Source: an uncultured Clostridia bacterium (GTDB lineage: Bacteria; Bacillota; Clostridia; UMGS1883). Taken from it: a DNA stretch of 64,000 nucleotides. The translations under genes and the position numbers were made by a program. The notes beneath the pieces were generated by a model. It saw nothing but the letters and a program-made list of their open reading frames with translations. It searched no databases and was not told the origin of the DNA. The stretch is taken from contig CANQRB010000004.1 in NCBI GenBank assembly GCA_947626145.1, positions 29,250-93,249 of the forward strand. Direction: 5' to 3'. Of the stretch, positions 1-9,041 are shown piece after piece. Numbering within the stretch: the stretch's first letter is position 1; every line of letters starts with the position of its first letter.

Positions 1-1929
1 GCCCGTGGTGTTAAGAAGGCCGAGGCCGCCTTTAATATAGAGAACCTTTCCGACCCCGAGAACATGAAGCTCAGCCACCACATCAATCAGGCCATCCGTG
101 CCCACGGCATCATGAAGCGGGACGTTGACTACGTTGTGAAGGACGGCGAAGTACTCATCGTTGACGAGTTCACCGGCCGTATCATGGTGGGACGGCGTTA
201 CAGCGACGGCCTCCATCAGGCCATTGAGGCCAAGGAGGGCGTGGAGGTCGCCCGTGAGAACAAGACCCTTGCCTCCATCACTTTCCAGAATTATTTCCGT
301 CTGTACGAAAAGCTCAGCGGCATGACCGGTACGGCCAAGACCGAGGAAGAGGAATTCCGTGGCATTTACGGCCTTGACGTTGTGGAAATTCCCACAAACA
401 AGCCCATCGCCCGCATAGACCAAAACGATCAGGTGTACAAAAACGTCACCGCCAAGTACAACGCCGTTGTCCGTGAGATCGAGGCGGCTCACTCTACTGG
501 CCAGCCTGTGCTGGTTGGCACCGTGTCCATTGACAAGTCTGAAATACTCAGCCGCATGCTGAAGGCCAAGGGCATAAAGCATCAGGTTCTGAACGCCAAG
601 CAGCACGAAAAAGAGGCTCAGATAATCGCTCAGGCCGGCAAGCTTGGGGCAGTTACCATTGCCACTAACATGGCGGGCCGCGGTACCGATATTTCTCTGG
701 GCGGCAACGCCGAGTATCTTGCCAAGAACGAGATGCTCCGCCGTGGCTATACCGACGAGATAATCGCCGAGGCCACAGGCTACGCCGAAACGGACAATCA
801 GGAAATACTTGACGCCCGCAAGGTCTATAACGATTTGTATAAGGAATATAGGGTGGAGGTCGAAAAGGAAGCCGAGCAGGTTCGGGCTCTCGGCGGCCTG
901 TATATCATAGGCACCGAGCGCCACGAGGCCCGGCGTATCGACAACCAGCTCCGGGGCCGAAGCGGCCGTCAGGGCGACCCGGGCAAGAGCACCTTCTTCA
1001 TCGGTCTGGACGACGACCTGATGAGGCTTTTCGGCGGCGAACGCATTGAAAAAATGGTCAGCTCCATGGGCCTGCCCGACGACGAGCCCATCGAGCAGAA
1101 GATACTCACCTCCGCCATTGAAAACGCCCAGAAAAAGGTGGAGGGCCGCAACTACAGCACCCGTAAATACGTGCTCCAATACGACGACGTTATGAACCAG
1201 CAGCGTGAGATAATCTACGGTCAGCGCCAGAAGGTGCTGGACGGCGAGGATCTGCGCGACACCATTCAGGGCATGATAGACGAGATAATCAAGTCCGCCG
1301 TGGACACCTACTGCAACGCCCCGTACCCGGACGACTGGGATCTCAACGGCTTCTACGACTATGTGGAAAAGCTCTTTGTGCCCCAGGGCGCCCTGCGCTA
1401 TACAAAGGATCAGTTCAACGACCTGACAAAGGAAAAGGTGCTTGAGGACCTTCACGACTTTGCCGACCGGCGGTACGCCGAACAGGAGGCCCTCTTCGGC
1501 CCCAATATGCGGGAGGTGGAGCGTGTCATCGTTCTCCGCGCCGTCGACACCCACTGGATGGATCACATAGATGAGATGGATCAGCTCAAGAACGGTATCA
1601 ATCTTCGGGCCTACGGCCAACACAATCCCGTGGACGAGTATAAGTTCCTTGGCTTCGATATGTTTGAGGAAATGGTGGCCGGCATCCGTGAGGACACCGT
1701 TAGATATGTAATGAACGTAAAGCCCAGAATACAGCAGATCCAGCGGGTACAGGTGGCCAAGCCCACCATGGCCGTCCACGGCGACGGCAGCCAGAGCGTT
1801 AAGCCCCGTCCTGCCCAGCGCAAGGCCGTCAAGGTGGGCCGCAACGACCCCTGTCCCTGCGGCAGCGGCAAAAAGTACAAGAATTGTTGTATGGCGAAGG
1901 ACGAGCAACAGGAGGCGGCAAATAAATGA
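1..1929 (+). CDS. secA: Preprotein translocase subunit SecA (5'-truncated at window edge; C-terminal ~640 aa)
   Basis: Frame 1 is open from nt 1. The translation has SecA motor/scaffold-domain features and the C-terminal zinc-binding tail [13 protein letters not shown]. The stop overlaps the prfB ATG (ATGA). Confidence 0.92.
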   Translation, partial: ARGVKKAEAAFNIENLSDPENMKLSHHINQAIRAHGIMKRDVDYVVKDGEVLIVDEFTGRIMVGRRYSDGLHQAIEAKEGVEVARENKTLASITFQNYFRLYEKLSGMTGTAKTEEEEFRGIYGLDVVEIPTNKPIARIDQNDQVYKNVTAKYNAVVREIEAAHSTGQPVLVGTVSIDKSEILSRMLKAKGIKHQVLNAKQHEKEAQIIAQAGKLGAVTIATNMAGRGTDISLGGNAEYLAKNEMLRRGYTDEIIAEATGYAETDNQEILDARKVYNDLYKEYRVEVEKEAEQVRALGGLYIIGTERHEARRIDNQLRGRSGRQGDPGKSTFFIGLDDDLMRLFGGERIEKMVSSMGLPDDEPIEQKILTSAIENAQKKVEGRNYSTRKYVLQYDDVMNQQREIIYGQRQKVLDGEDLRDTIQGMIDEIIKSAVDTYCNAPYPDDWDLNGFYDYVEKLFVPQGALRYTKDQFNDLTKEKVLEDLHDFADRRYAEQEALFGPNMREVERVIVLRAVDTHWMDHIDEMDQLKNGINLRAYGQHNPVDEYKFLGFDMFEEMVAGIREDTVRYVMNVKPRIQQIQRVQVAKPTMAVHGDGSQSVKPRPAQRKAVKVGRNDPCPCGSGKKYKNCCMAKDEQQEAANK

Positions 1930-3050
1930 TAGTTGAATACGAACAGTTCAAGCAGGAGCTTGCCGGTCAGGAGGGGCCGATAAAAGAGCTGGGTTCGGCC
2001 CTGAACATCGACGGCGCCCGTGAGGAGGCCGCCGCGCTGGAAAAAAAGACCCTCGAGCCCGATTTCTATTCCGATCCGGACAAGAGCCAGAAGGTGCTTC
2101 AAAAAATAAAGCAGCTTGGCGCGAAGATAAAGCGCTACGACGACATGGTTTCCCTCTGGGAGGACACCACAACCCTTCTGGAGCTGGCTATTGCCGAGGA
2201 GGACGCCAGCGTCATGGAGGAAATTTCCTCCGGCTGTCAGCGTCTTCGGGAGACCGTGGAGGCCACCCGTCTTGAAACCCTGCTCTCCGGCCCCTACGAC
2301 AGGAGCAACGCCATCATCACCCTTCACGCCGGAGCGGGCGGCACCGAGGCTCAGGACTGGTGCAGTATGCTTTACCGTATGTACCAGATGTGGGCCGAGC
2401 GCCGTGGCTATGCCGTGTCCACCCTTGACTTCCTTGACGGGGACGAGGCCGGAATAAAAAGCATAACCATTCTTGTGGAGGGGCTCAACGCCTACGGCTA
2501 CGCCAAGTGCGAGAAGGGCGTCCACCGTCTGGTGCGCATTTCTCCCTTCGACGCGGCGGGCCGCCGGCATACCTCCTTCGCCTCGGTCGAGGTCATGCCC
2601 GACATTGAGGACGACATAGAGATAAACATCAACCCCGACGACCTTAAGATAGACACCTACCGCTCCAGCGGAGCCGGCGGCCAGCACGTCAACAAGACCA
2701 GCTCCGCCATCCGCATAACCCACATTCCCACCGGCGTTGTGGTCGCCTGTCAGAACGAGCGCAGCCAGTTCCAGAACAAGGACACCGCCATGAAGATGCT
2801 TAAGGCCAAGCTCATGGAGATTGCCGAGGCCGAGCACAAAGAAAAAATCGAGGACATCAAGGGCGTGCAAAAGGAAATAGCCTGGGGCAGCCAGATACGC
2901 TCCTATGTTTTCCACCCCTACACCATGGTCAAGGATCACCGCACCGGCTACGAGGTGGGCAACATAAGCGCCGTCATGGACGGAGATCTGGACGGCTTCA
3001 TCAACGAGTACCTGCGCAAGGCCAGTCTGGGCCAGCTGGAGCTGAAATAA
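1926..3050 (+). CDS. prfB: Peptide chain release factor 2 (RF2)
   Basis: 374 aa with the SPF tripeptide ([15 protein letters not shown]) and the GGQ motif ([12 protein letters not shown]). It is encoded in one uninterrupted frame with no CTTTGAC-type +1 frameshift site. The secA-prfB order is the usual Firmicutes arrangement. Confidence 0.92.
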   Translation: MIVEYEQFKQELAGQEGPIKELGSALNIDGAREEAAALEKKTLEPDFYSDPDKSQKVLQKIKQLGAKIKRYDDMVSLWEDTTTLLELAIAEEDASVMEEISSGCQRLRETVEATRLETLLSGPYDRSNAIITLHAGAGGTEAQDWCSMLYRMYQMWAERRGYAVSTLDFLDGDEAGIKSITILVEGLNAYGYAKCEKGVHRLVRISPFDAAGRRHTSFASVEVMPDIEDDIEININPDDLKIDTYRSSGAGGQHVNKTSSAIRITHIPTGVVVACQNERSQFQNKDTAMKMLKAKLMEIAEAEHKEKIEDIKGVQKEIAWGSQIRSYVFHPYTMVKDHRTGYEVGNISAVMDGDLDGFINEYLRKASLGQLELK

Positions 3051-3069
3051 AACCTTTGCCGACTGTTTT

Positions 3070-3609
3070 ATGAGTGAACTTAAGCGAAAAATCAAAGCAT
3101 GGCTTGACGACTTCCAATTCCGCCACAATTTCAATCTGGCATGGTTCATACGCTACGCCCTCGGCGGCACCGCCACGGTGATTTTGGAGTACACGGTAAT
3201 GTACCTGCTGCTGTGGTGGACCCTGCCATGGGACGTGATAGTGGCCCTCCTGCCGGAAAGGCTGCAGGCCGCCGCCGCAGGCGAGCTCAGCACCTGGGCG
3301 CTGGTTGTCAGCAACGTCATGAGCTATGTTTTCAACTATTTTGTCTCAAAATACTGGGTGTTCCGCAGCCCCGACACCAAACACAGCCGTGACGCGGCGC
3401 TGTTTTTCCTGTCCTGCGTGGTGAATTTGATCCTCGTTTCGGTCACCGGCAGGCTCGCCCTTGCGGGGCTGGAGCTTCTGCCCCTCGCCGGAAAGACGTG
3501 GGAGATGCTGAAGCCCGCCGTGGCCAAGACCGTGTCCAACATAGTAGCCTATATCTCGGTGCTGCTGTTCAAGCGGTTCATAATCTGGAACGATACCAGC
3601 AAATATTGA
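3070..3609 (+). CDS. GtrA-family small polytopic membrane protein
   Basis: 179 aa with 4 predicted TM helices. The N-terminal FIRYALGGTATVILEYTVMYLL resembles the GtrA family signature. Confidence 0.5.
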   Translation: MSELKRKIKAWLDDFQFRHNFNLAWFIRYALGGTATVILEYTVMYLLLWWTLPWDVIVALLPERLQAAAAGELSTWALVVSNVMSYVFNYFVSKYWVFRSPDTKHSRDAALFFLSCVVNLILVSVTGRLALAGLELLPLAGKTWEMLKPAVAKTVSNIVAYISVLLFKRFIIWNDTSKY

Positions 3610-3613
3610 TATT

Positions 3614-4198
3614 ATGTTAATAGACGAAGCCGCGAATTTGATAATGGAAAAGGCCGCCTCTCTCCGGCGCGGGGAGGGGCCGCTTGTTATTGCTCTGGAC
3701 GGCCGCTGCGCCTCGGGCAAGACCACGCTGGCCGGTAGGCTCGGGGAGCTGATGGGCTGCGCGGTTTTTCACATGGACGACTATTTCCCCCGGCCCGAAC
3801 AGCGGACGGAGCGCCGCCTTTCGGCCCCCGGCGGCAACGTGGATCACGAGCGCTTCCTGTCGGAGGTGCTTATTCCCCTGCGCTCTGGAGCGGAGGAGAT
3901 ATGCTTTCGTCCCTTTGACTGCCATAAAATGGAGCTGGCCCCGCCCGTTAAGGCGCGGGTCACGCCCACCGTGGTGGTGGAGGGCTCATATAGCTGTCAT
4001 CCGGCCCTGTGGGATTGCTATGACTTGCGGGTGTTCCTCACGGTAACTCCGGAGGAACAGCTCCGGCGCATAGCCCTGCGCAACGGCCCCGACGGGCTGA
4101 AAAGCTTCCGTGAGCGGTGGATACCCATGGAGGAGCGGTATTTTTCCGCCTTTCGGATAATGGAGCGATGTGATATTGTGGTCGGAGATCGGGAGTAA
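3614..4198 (+). CDS. P-loop nucleoside/uridine-kinase-like ATPase
   Basis: Walker A IALDGRCASGKTTLA near the N-terminus, followed by MDDYF. This resembles the uridine kinase/AAA-ATPase family. About 194 aa. Confidence 0.5.
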   Translation: MLIDEAANLIMEKAASLRRGEGPLVIALDGRCASGKTTLAGRLGELMGCAVFHMDDYFPRPEQRTERRLSAPGGNVDHERFLSEVLIPLRSGAEEICFRPFDCHKMELAPPVKARVTPTVVVEGSYSCHPALWDCYDLRVFLTVTPEEQLRRIALRNGPDGLKSFRERWIPMEERYFSAFRIMERCDIVVGDRE

Positions 4199-4231
4199 TA
4201 GAAAATCGGCAGTAATAACTTTTCACACGAC

Positions 4232-4262
4232 AAAAACGGAACCTTTCGGTTCCGTTTTTGTT
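4232..4262 (+). terminator. Rho-independent terminator after the kinase-like gene
   Basis: aaaaacggaacc-tttc-ggttccgttttt: a perfect 10-bp stem followed by a T-run, 34 nt after the stop codon. Confidence 0.7.
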
Positions 4263-4532
4263 TGGCTCGGGCCGCCCTGTGGTCGAGGCAGGGCGGCCTT
4301 GTGCCTGTAATTTAAGGAAGAATTATAACCACGCTTTCTTTCAGCTCGGTTTTCCGGGCGGCAGCTTCCTCGCGCGCGCCGCCTTTTTTCTGTCCGGCTC
4401 CGCTGCAGACGGGCGGATCAGGGATGGCCTCGCCTTTGGAAAGCGGCGGTTAACTTGGGTCGGGGTGGCCGGTCTGTTGCGGCCACGGTGTGAGTGGAAT
4501 CAGTTTGCAAAAATCTGTTAACACAAAATAGT

Positions 4533-4706
4533 TTATTGTTTCTGCTTCCAAACCTTATAATCGTCAACAACAGATTTTGTATCTGTGATAACTTTTGCCC
4601 CGGTTATGCCTAAACTGGTCGCTTGGAACAGAACCCCGTCCATAACGGCCTTATCGGGAGACAGGTCTTTAATATCTATTGCGGGATTTTCAAATGCTTT
4701 TCTCAT
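4533..4706 (-). CDS. Small hypothetical protein (57 aa) directly downstream of the large surface-protein gene
   Basis: Not in the ORF track (<60 aa). ATG at 4706..4704 is preceded by GGAGG with a 9-nt spacer. Translation: MRKAFENPAIDIKDLSPDKAVMDGVLFQATSLGITGAKVITDTKSVVDDYKVWKQKQ. It begins 15 nt after the stop of the 1034-aa gene. Confidence 0.4.
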   Translation of the reverse strand: MRKAFENPAIDIKDLSPDKAVMDGVLFQATSLGITGAKVITDTKSVVDDYKVWKQKQ

Positions 4707-4720
4707 TTTAATCTACCTCC

Positions 4721-7700
4721 TTACAGCTCGGGAATGAAGTCGACTTCCGCACCAGCGGAATCAGCTTCGGTCTCGGCGATTTCGGTACTTACAAACTCAA
4801 TCTCAACACTGTCTAGGCTGAAGATCATAGCACCATCAACGCCTTCACAAGTAACATCATTGCCATTGATAGTTATCTTATAGAACAAGCCCTCAGTTTG
4901 AGTTGCTGTTTTATCTGTGCCGTTTACATCAACAATGGTAGATACCTTGAAGCCTATACCATTATCGTAAAGGGCTTTATCCAGTTCTATCGTTGTTCCT
5001 GCTTCACTGCTTGTAACTTTAATGAATTCTTTACGAACATCGTTAATAGCGTTCTTGTCATCAAGAACAACACCGCCGGTGCTGAGAATAGCAATGGCCT
5101 GTTCAAGCTTTTTTGCATCAAATTTTTCACGATTCAAAGTATCTTTGTAGTCGCTAAGGTTGGTTTTGATATCGTTAGCAAGCAACTCATAAAGAGATGC
5201 TTCAGCTTGAGCGATGAGATAACCGCTATTTGTGTCAACAAGCCTTGCCATATAGTAAATATTGCTTCCATTGTCTTTTTTCGGAATAACAAGTACAGAC
5301 GGAGCCCCGTTACTGAGGACAGAAGTGTCTATAGTCGTATTGTCTACTCCTTTACCGCCTTTTTCATTTGTTGTTTCGTGAAGATCAATAGCTGTAACCT
5401 TTAGCGTCTGTCCATCATAAGCACCATCGGCAGTAAAAGTTATGCCCAAAGTATCCGCACTGTCTCCATCAGCAGCAAAGCCAAGTCCAGCGGTGAGTGT
5501 AGCCGTCGCAGGAACGTCCACGCCACCTGCATATACGGCAAACTTGCTGATCTCAAGGTCTCCTTCACTTGAGGGATTGTTTCCAAAGAAGGAAACACCG
5601 TCAATTCCTCCATTGTTACGGAATGGTATGCCCATCAACATTTTACCTTCACCGGATGATTCATTCCGCACGGAAAGATTATATGTGTTATTTGTAACAT
5701 CAACATCTACGATAAAAGCATATGACTGATTAAGCTCCATTGTCATAAATTCTTTCTTGGCGGCGTTGTCTCTGTAGTAAATTTTGTCGCCACCGATAGG
5801 CAAATGAATACGAAGATTTGTGCCATACGCATCTGTCCCTTTTGCGTCGTACTTAAAAAATCCGATAGCGTTGTCGCCGTTTTGTTTGGCAACAAGAGTA
5901 AATGCGACGGTAAATTTGTCTGATATTTCTTTAGGGAAACGATACATTTCACTAAATGTCCTACCCTGATTGTTGATTACTGAGTTAGAACCAACGGTCA
6001 TGCCGGCTGTAGGATCAAATGTCTTTTCATGAGTCACAACATTTGCCGTCAAGGTAAGGCCTGTATCGGCGATAGTGCCGGTAGTATCCTCCCATGTTAC
6101 GGGCAATTCCTCGGCTGTCACTGCATCACTGTCAACAGTGGTCTTAATTGCGGTGGGAAGAACATAGTTATATCCTTCGAGAGTATTAATGTCAATGCTG
6201 TCGGGGCCGGTGATGGTGGCAGTTAACTCGGCCTCAACCTCAATTTCCTTAGTAGTGGTTGCGATAATAGTATCCTGATCAGACGCCTTATTGGTATAAT
6301 ATTTATCTGCTATGCGACGATTAGTAATAATCTTGCCATCACTGGCGGCACGGCCTTGATCAACGACCTGGTTTTCTGCAACTTTTACCGTTTCGCCTAC
6401 CTTGCCGGTCTGTTTCTCGATAGTGGCTACAGTTTGACCCTTGTATTTGGCATTTATGACGTAATCCACATCGTCGTTTTCAAGATTGCTAAGTTTGGTT
6501 ATTTTGAAGTTGTCGATGATGGGCTGAGTATCGTTACCGACCCAAGCGGTCTTAAAGCCCAGTTTTGTCTGCTTGGAACCGGTCCATACAATAAACTGCT
6601 TCGTCTCAAATTGATTGAGAGTGTGCAGGGTCATCTGCTGAAGCTTTTGGCTGGTATTGTCATTTTTGTCGGCATACCAATCAGCGCAGGGGTCGTCGGC
6701 CTCGCCGGTGCCATTGGCATCGGTTACGTAAAGCCACATATACTGATCCTTTGCCTGCTTGGTTGGCATGACGTCAAAGCTCACGAGATAACGGGTATTG
6801 GGGTCAACATTCCAAGTGCCGCCGAAAACAGTTCCGGCCGCACCGGCAACGCCCTTGAGCCAAAGAGCCTGGCTTCCTTCGGTCTTTTGGTTCTCACCCT
6901 TGACTATCTCATATTCTTCATTGGGTATATTAGTCCAACCATTAATACCATTTTCAAAGCCGTCGTTGGTGCCGGTAACAGTTCCCTCGACATTTTTTAC
7001 ATGTTTGGCGGTAATGTCGTAGTTGTTATTACCTTCACTCAAAGTGATCTCTTTGATTTCGGGGAGAGCAAGTTCATAAAGCTTTTCATTTTTAACAAGG
7101 TACTTGTTGCAACTGTTGAGAGAAAACTTATCTCCGGCAAAGTATTCCTTTTTATTTCCGTTTGGATTAGACTCCTCCAAAACATTTCCGCCGTCCATTA
7201 TGCGAACATTGACAGCAGCGTCGGGAGACAAAACCTTAACATCAGCAAGGTAAGCATCCTTAAGAGAAGCTACACCCCCAGTGGCATCTCCGCCGTGGAT
7301 ATTGGAGAGCAGAAAAGCGACCTTACCACCAACTATCTTATCGGCAGGAATACGGAGCTGAGACGTCACCTCAGTCCATGAATTAGATACATTTGATGTA
7401 CTCAGTGTTCCGACAAGAACTCTGCCCTCAACAGCAGTATCGAGCAGAGCGTTGTTCTCAGCTTCAACAGCTGCAGGGTCAACAGCAAAAATGGCAGCTT
7501 TAGATATACGGTCGTTAGCACCATTGTTAGACCATGCCTGAACCTTAAAGGTAGCCCGAAGAATTTGACCGGCAGCAACATTAGTGTCTTCTGGCAGTGT
7601 GAATTCAGCAAAACCCGCACGGTTATTTGAGAAAGACACTATGGCAGACTGAGCGTCTTGAACTTTGTATTCGTCAAATGTTTGCGGACGCTTAGCATCG

Positions 7701-7825
7701 GAATTAAAATTCCAACCATAAAGCTTATCTGCGGCGATATCTCCATCAGCCGCAAAAGCTACGGGCACTACTGTCAATACCATGGCCAAAACCACAGCCA
7801 ATGACAGAACTTTTTTGATTCTCAT
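4721..7825 (-). CDS. Large secreted multidomain protein (1034 aa) with CBM4/9-like and Ig-like modules; function unknown
   Basis: Signal peptide MRIKKVLSLAVVLAMVLTVVPVAFAADG. GGAGG RBS 8 nt upstream of the ATG. Internal stretch GFENGINGWTN...ALWLKG...RYLVSFDV looks like CBM_4_9, with beta-rich repeats elsewhere. Acidic C-terminus, no LPXTG or SLH motif. Lower GC than flanking DNA. Confidence 0.8.
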   Translation of the reverse strand: MRIKKVLSLAVVLAMVLTVVPVAFAADGDIAADKLYGWNFNSDAKRPQTFDEYKVQDAQSAIVSFSNNRAGFAEFTLPEDTNVAAGQILRATFKVQAWSNNGANDRISKAAIFAVDPAAVEAENNALLDTAVEGRVLVGTLSTSNVSNSWTEVTSQLRIPADKIVGGKVAFLLSNIHGGDATGGVASLKDAYLADVKVLSPDAAVNVRIMDGGNVLEESNPNGNKKEYFAGDKFSLNSCNKYLVKNEKLYELALPEIKEITLSEGNNNYDITAKHVKNVEGTVTGTNDGFENGINGWTNIPNEEYEIVKGENQKTEGSQALWLKGVAGAAGTVFGGTWNVDPNTRYLVSFDVMPTKQAKDQYMWLYVTDANGTGEADDPCADWYADKNDNTSQKLQQMTLHTLNQFETKQFIVWTGSKQTKLGFKTAWVGNDTQPIIDNFKITKLSNLENDDVDYVINAKYKGQTVATIEKQTGKVGETVKVAENQVVDQGRAASDGKIITNRRIADKYYTNKASDQDTIIATTTKEIEVEAELTATITGPDSIDINTLEGYNYVLPTAIKTTVDSDAVTAEELPVTWEDTTGTIADTGLTLTANVVTHEKTFDPTAGMTVGSNSVINNQGRTFSEMYRFPKEISDKFTVAFTLVAKQNGDNAIGFFKYDAKGTDAYGTNLRIHLPIGGDKIYYRDNAAKKEFMTMELNQSYAFIVDVDVTNNTYNLSVRNESSGEGKMLMGIPFRNNGGIDGVSFFGNNPSSEGDLEISKFAVYAGGVDVPATATLTAGLGFAADGDSADTLGITFTADGAYDGQTLKVTAIDLHETTNEKGGKGVDNTTIDTSVLSNGAPSVLVIPKKDNGSNIYYMARLVDTNSGYLIAQAEASLYELLANDIKTNLSDYKDTLNREKFDAKKLEQAIAILSTGGVVLDDKNAINDVRKEFIKVTSSEAGTTIELDKALYDNGIGFKVSTIVDVNGTDKTATQTEGLFYKITINGNDVTCEGVDGAMIFSLDSVEIEFVSTEIAETEADSAGAEVDFIPEL

Positions 7826-7879
7826 TTTTGTTACCTCCTTAAAATTTTGCTAAAAAATAAATCCTCGATTTCATGCGCA

Positions 7880-7905
7880 CTTCCTATAAGAAATGCTATC
7901 GGAAG
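7880..7905. promoter_or_regulatory. 26-nt hairpin/palindrome in the 5' UTR of the large surface-protein gene (copy 1)
   Basis: cttcctataagaaatgctatcggaag is the near-reverse complement of the perfect palindrome at 8188-8213. It lies 55-80 nt upstream of the ATG at 7825. Confidence 0.45.
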
Positions 7906-8022
7906 TAAATTTATGCCGTTTTACGGCAATATTTACAACATAAAAATGAAAATTAGAAATTATTTGTTGAAATTGCACAATTACTCACAACAATTTTGTA
8001 CATTATGGATAAGGGAAAGATA

Positions 8023-8052
8023 TTGACTTTTTTATGGCAAAAGTAGTATAAT
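8023..8052 (+). promoter_or_regulatory. Near-consensus sigma-A promoter (TTGACT-18-TATAAT) with no adjacent coding gene
   Basis: -35 TTGACT at 8023-8028 and -10 TATAAT at 8047-8052. The next convincing plus-strand CDS starts 420 nt away. Confidence 0.5.
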
Positions 8053-8059
8053 TAGATTA

Positions 8060-8283
8060 TAAAATTTCATGTGCCGATCATAGGAAAGCCTCGGAAAAAG
8101 GCCGTGTTAAGCCGGATTTGCCCGGTTGACGGCGCAGAGGTCGACTGCAAAGCCAGCCTTGGAGCGATGAATGGCCGCTCGGTTTTACTTCCGATAGCAT
8201 TTCTTATCGGAAGTTCGATGAAATCATACAAAAAAGCACCTGTGACAAGCTCTTTATCGTGAGCTTGCCGCAGGTGTTTTTTT
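8060..8283 (+). ncRNA. Candidate ~220-nt structured transcript (sRNA or cis-regulatory leader) between the orphan promoter and a strong terminator
   Basis: Several internal stems, including the perfect palindrome cttccgatagcatttcttatcggaag (8188-8213). It ends in a 16-bp hairpin + T7 at 8237-8283. The only ORF (8071-8262) has no RBS and a non-protein-like composition. Confidence 0.3.
8237..8283 (+). terminator. Strong Rho-independent terminator
   Basis: cacctgtgacaagctc-tttatcgt-gagcttgccgcaggtg followed by ttttttt. Confidence 0.7.
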
Positions 8284-8318
8284 AATGTGATGCCGTTATT
8301 TTCGATATAACGCAAAAA

Positions 8319-8343
8319 GCAGCCGATTTCGGCCGCTTTTTTT
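8319..8343 (+). terminator. Second tandem terminator
   Basis: gcagccga-ttt-cggccgc followed by ttttttt. Confidence 0.55.
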
Positions 8344-8425
8344 ATTATACGCCTACGTCGCAATCCGTTCTTTGGTATCATAGTTGTATAGGCTTGTATT
8401 TCGCATAAAAAATTTAAAATTTTCC

Positions 8426-8454
8426 TGCAACTTTTCGATCCTTTGCAACGAATA
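8426..8454 (+). promoter_or_regulatory. Putative ECF-type (autoregulated) promoter for the sigma operon
   Basis: TGCAAC-N17-CGAATA, with the AAC -35 core and CGA -10 core typical of ECF sigma promoters. It sits ~20 nt upstream of the TTG start. A second GCAAC direct repeat follows. Confidence 0.35.
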
Positions 8455-8471
8455 TATTAAGTGGAAGGAGG

Positions 8472-9041
8472 TTGAGCGGATTGGCGGCGGAGCACGAGGA
8501 ACTTAAATGGATAAGGAAAATCAAGCTGTTCGGTTCAAAAAAAGACGCCGACAGTCTGGTTCGGTCTTATTACGATGAGATTTACAGATATGTATCCCGA
8601 CAGCTTCCCGACAGCGGGGACGCCTGGGATCTTACTCAGGAAATCTTTATATCCATGCTGCGCTCCATAAAGTCGTACAAAAAAGAACGGTCGTCCTTCC
8701 GCACATGGCTGTACCGCATCGCCACAAACAAAATTATAGACTGCCGCCGGAAAAAGGTTCCGACGACTGCCGCGCCCGACGAAGTCAATACAGCCGACGA
8801 TGCCGATTTTATAAGTCAAATCGCCCAGGCCGAGCTGCTGAAAAAAATCGAGGGCTATGTCAACCGCTTTTCGCCCGCCGTGCAGCAGATATACAGACTG
8901 CACATTTACGGGGATTTTACCTTCGCAAGCATCGCTTCAGCCCTGGACATCCCTGAGGCCACCGTAAAATCCCACTATTACAGATTGCAGAAAAAAATAA
9001 GAGAGGAGTTTGGCGATGAGTACAGAGACGTTGTCGAATGA
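8472..9041 (+). CDS. ECF-family RNA polymerase sigma factor (sigma-70 region 2/4)
   Basis: TTG start with GGAAGGAGG RBS. Region 2 DLTQEIFISMLRSIKSYK..FRTWLYRIATNKIID and region 4 HTH EATVKSHYYRLQKKIREEF. 189 aa. Confidence 0.85.
   Translation: MSGLAAEHEELKWIRKIKLFGSKKDADSLVRSYYDEIYRYVSRQLPDSGDAWDLTQEIFISMLRSIKSYKKERSSFRTWLYRIATNKIIDCRRKKVPTTAAPDEVNTADDADFISQIAQAELLKKIEGYVNRFSPAVQQIYRLHIYGDFTFASIASALDIPEATVKSHYYRLQKKIREEFGDEYRDVVE

Noticed and set aside
1611-3149. 512-aa minus-strand ORF antisense to prfB. Similar long antisense ORFs occur at 34369-35016, 37539-38471, 41607-43055, 43835-45085, 45850-47118, 47477-48565, 48917-50584, 51474-53081, 60112-61254, 61381-62262 and 63043-63897.
   Set aside because: These lie in high-GC DNA opposite well-supported housekeeping genes. 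Their translations are Ala/Gly/Arg/Pro-rich low-complexity sequences with no motifs or RBSs. This is the typical spurious antisense frame of GC-rich coding sequence.
4258-4521. 87-aa plus ORF in the GC-rich junction
   Set aside because: No RBS, a Gly/Arg/Ala-rich composition, and it overlaps strong hairpins. Treated as noncoding.
8071-8262. 63-aa GTG-start ORF inside the orphan promoter-terminator unit
   Set aside because: No Shine-Dalgarno, and an odd composition. The region is better explained as a structured RNA.
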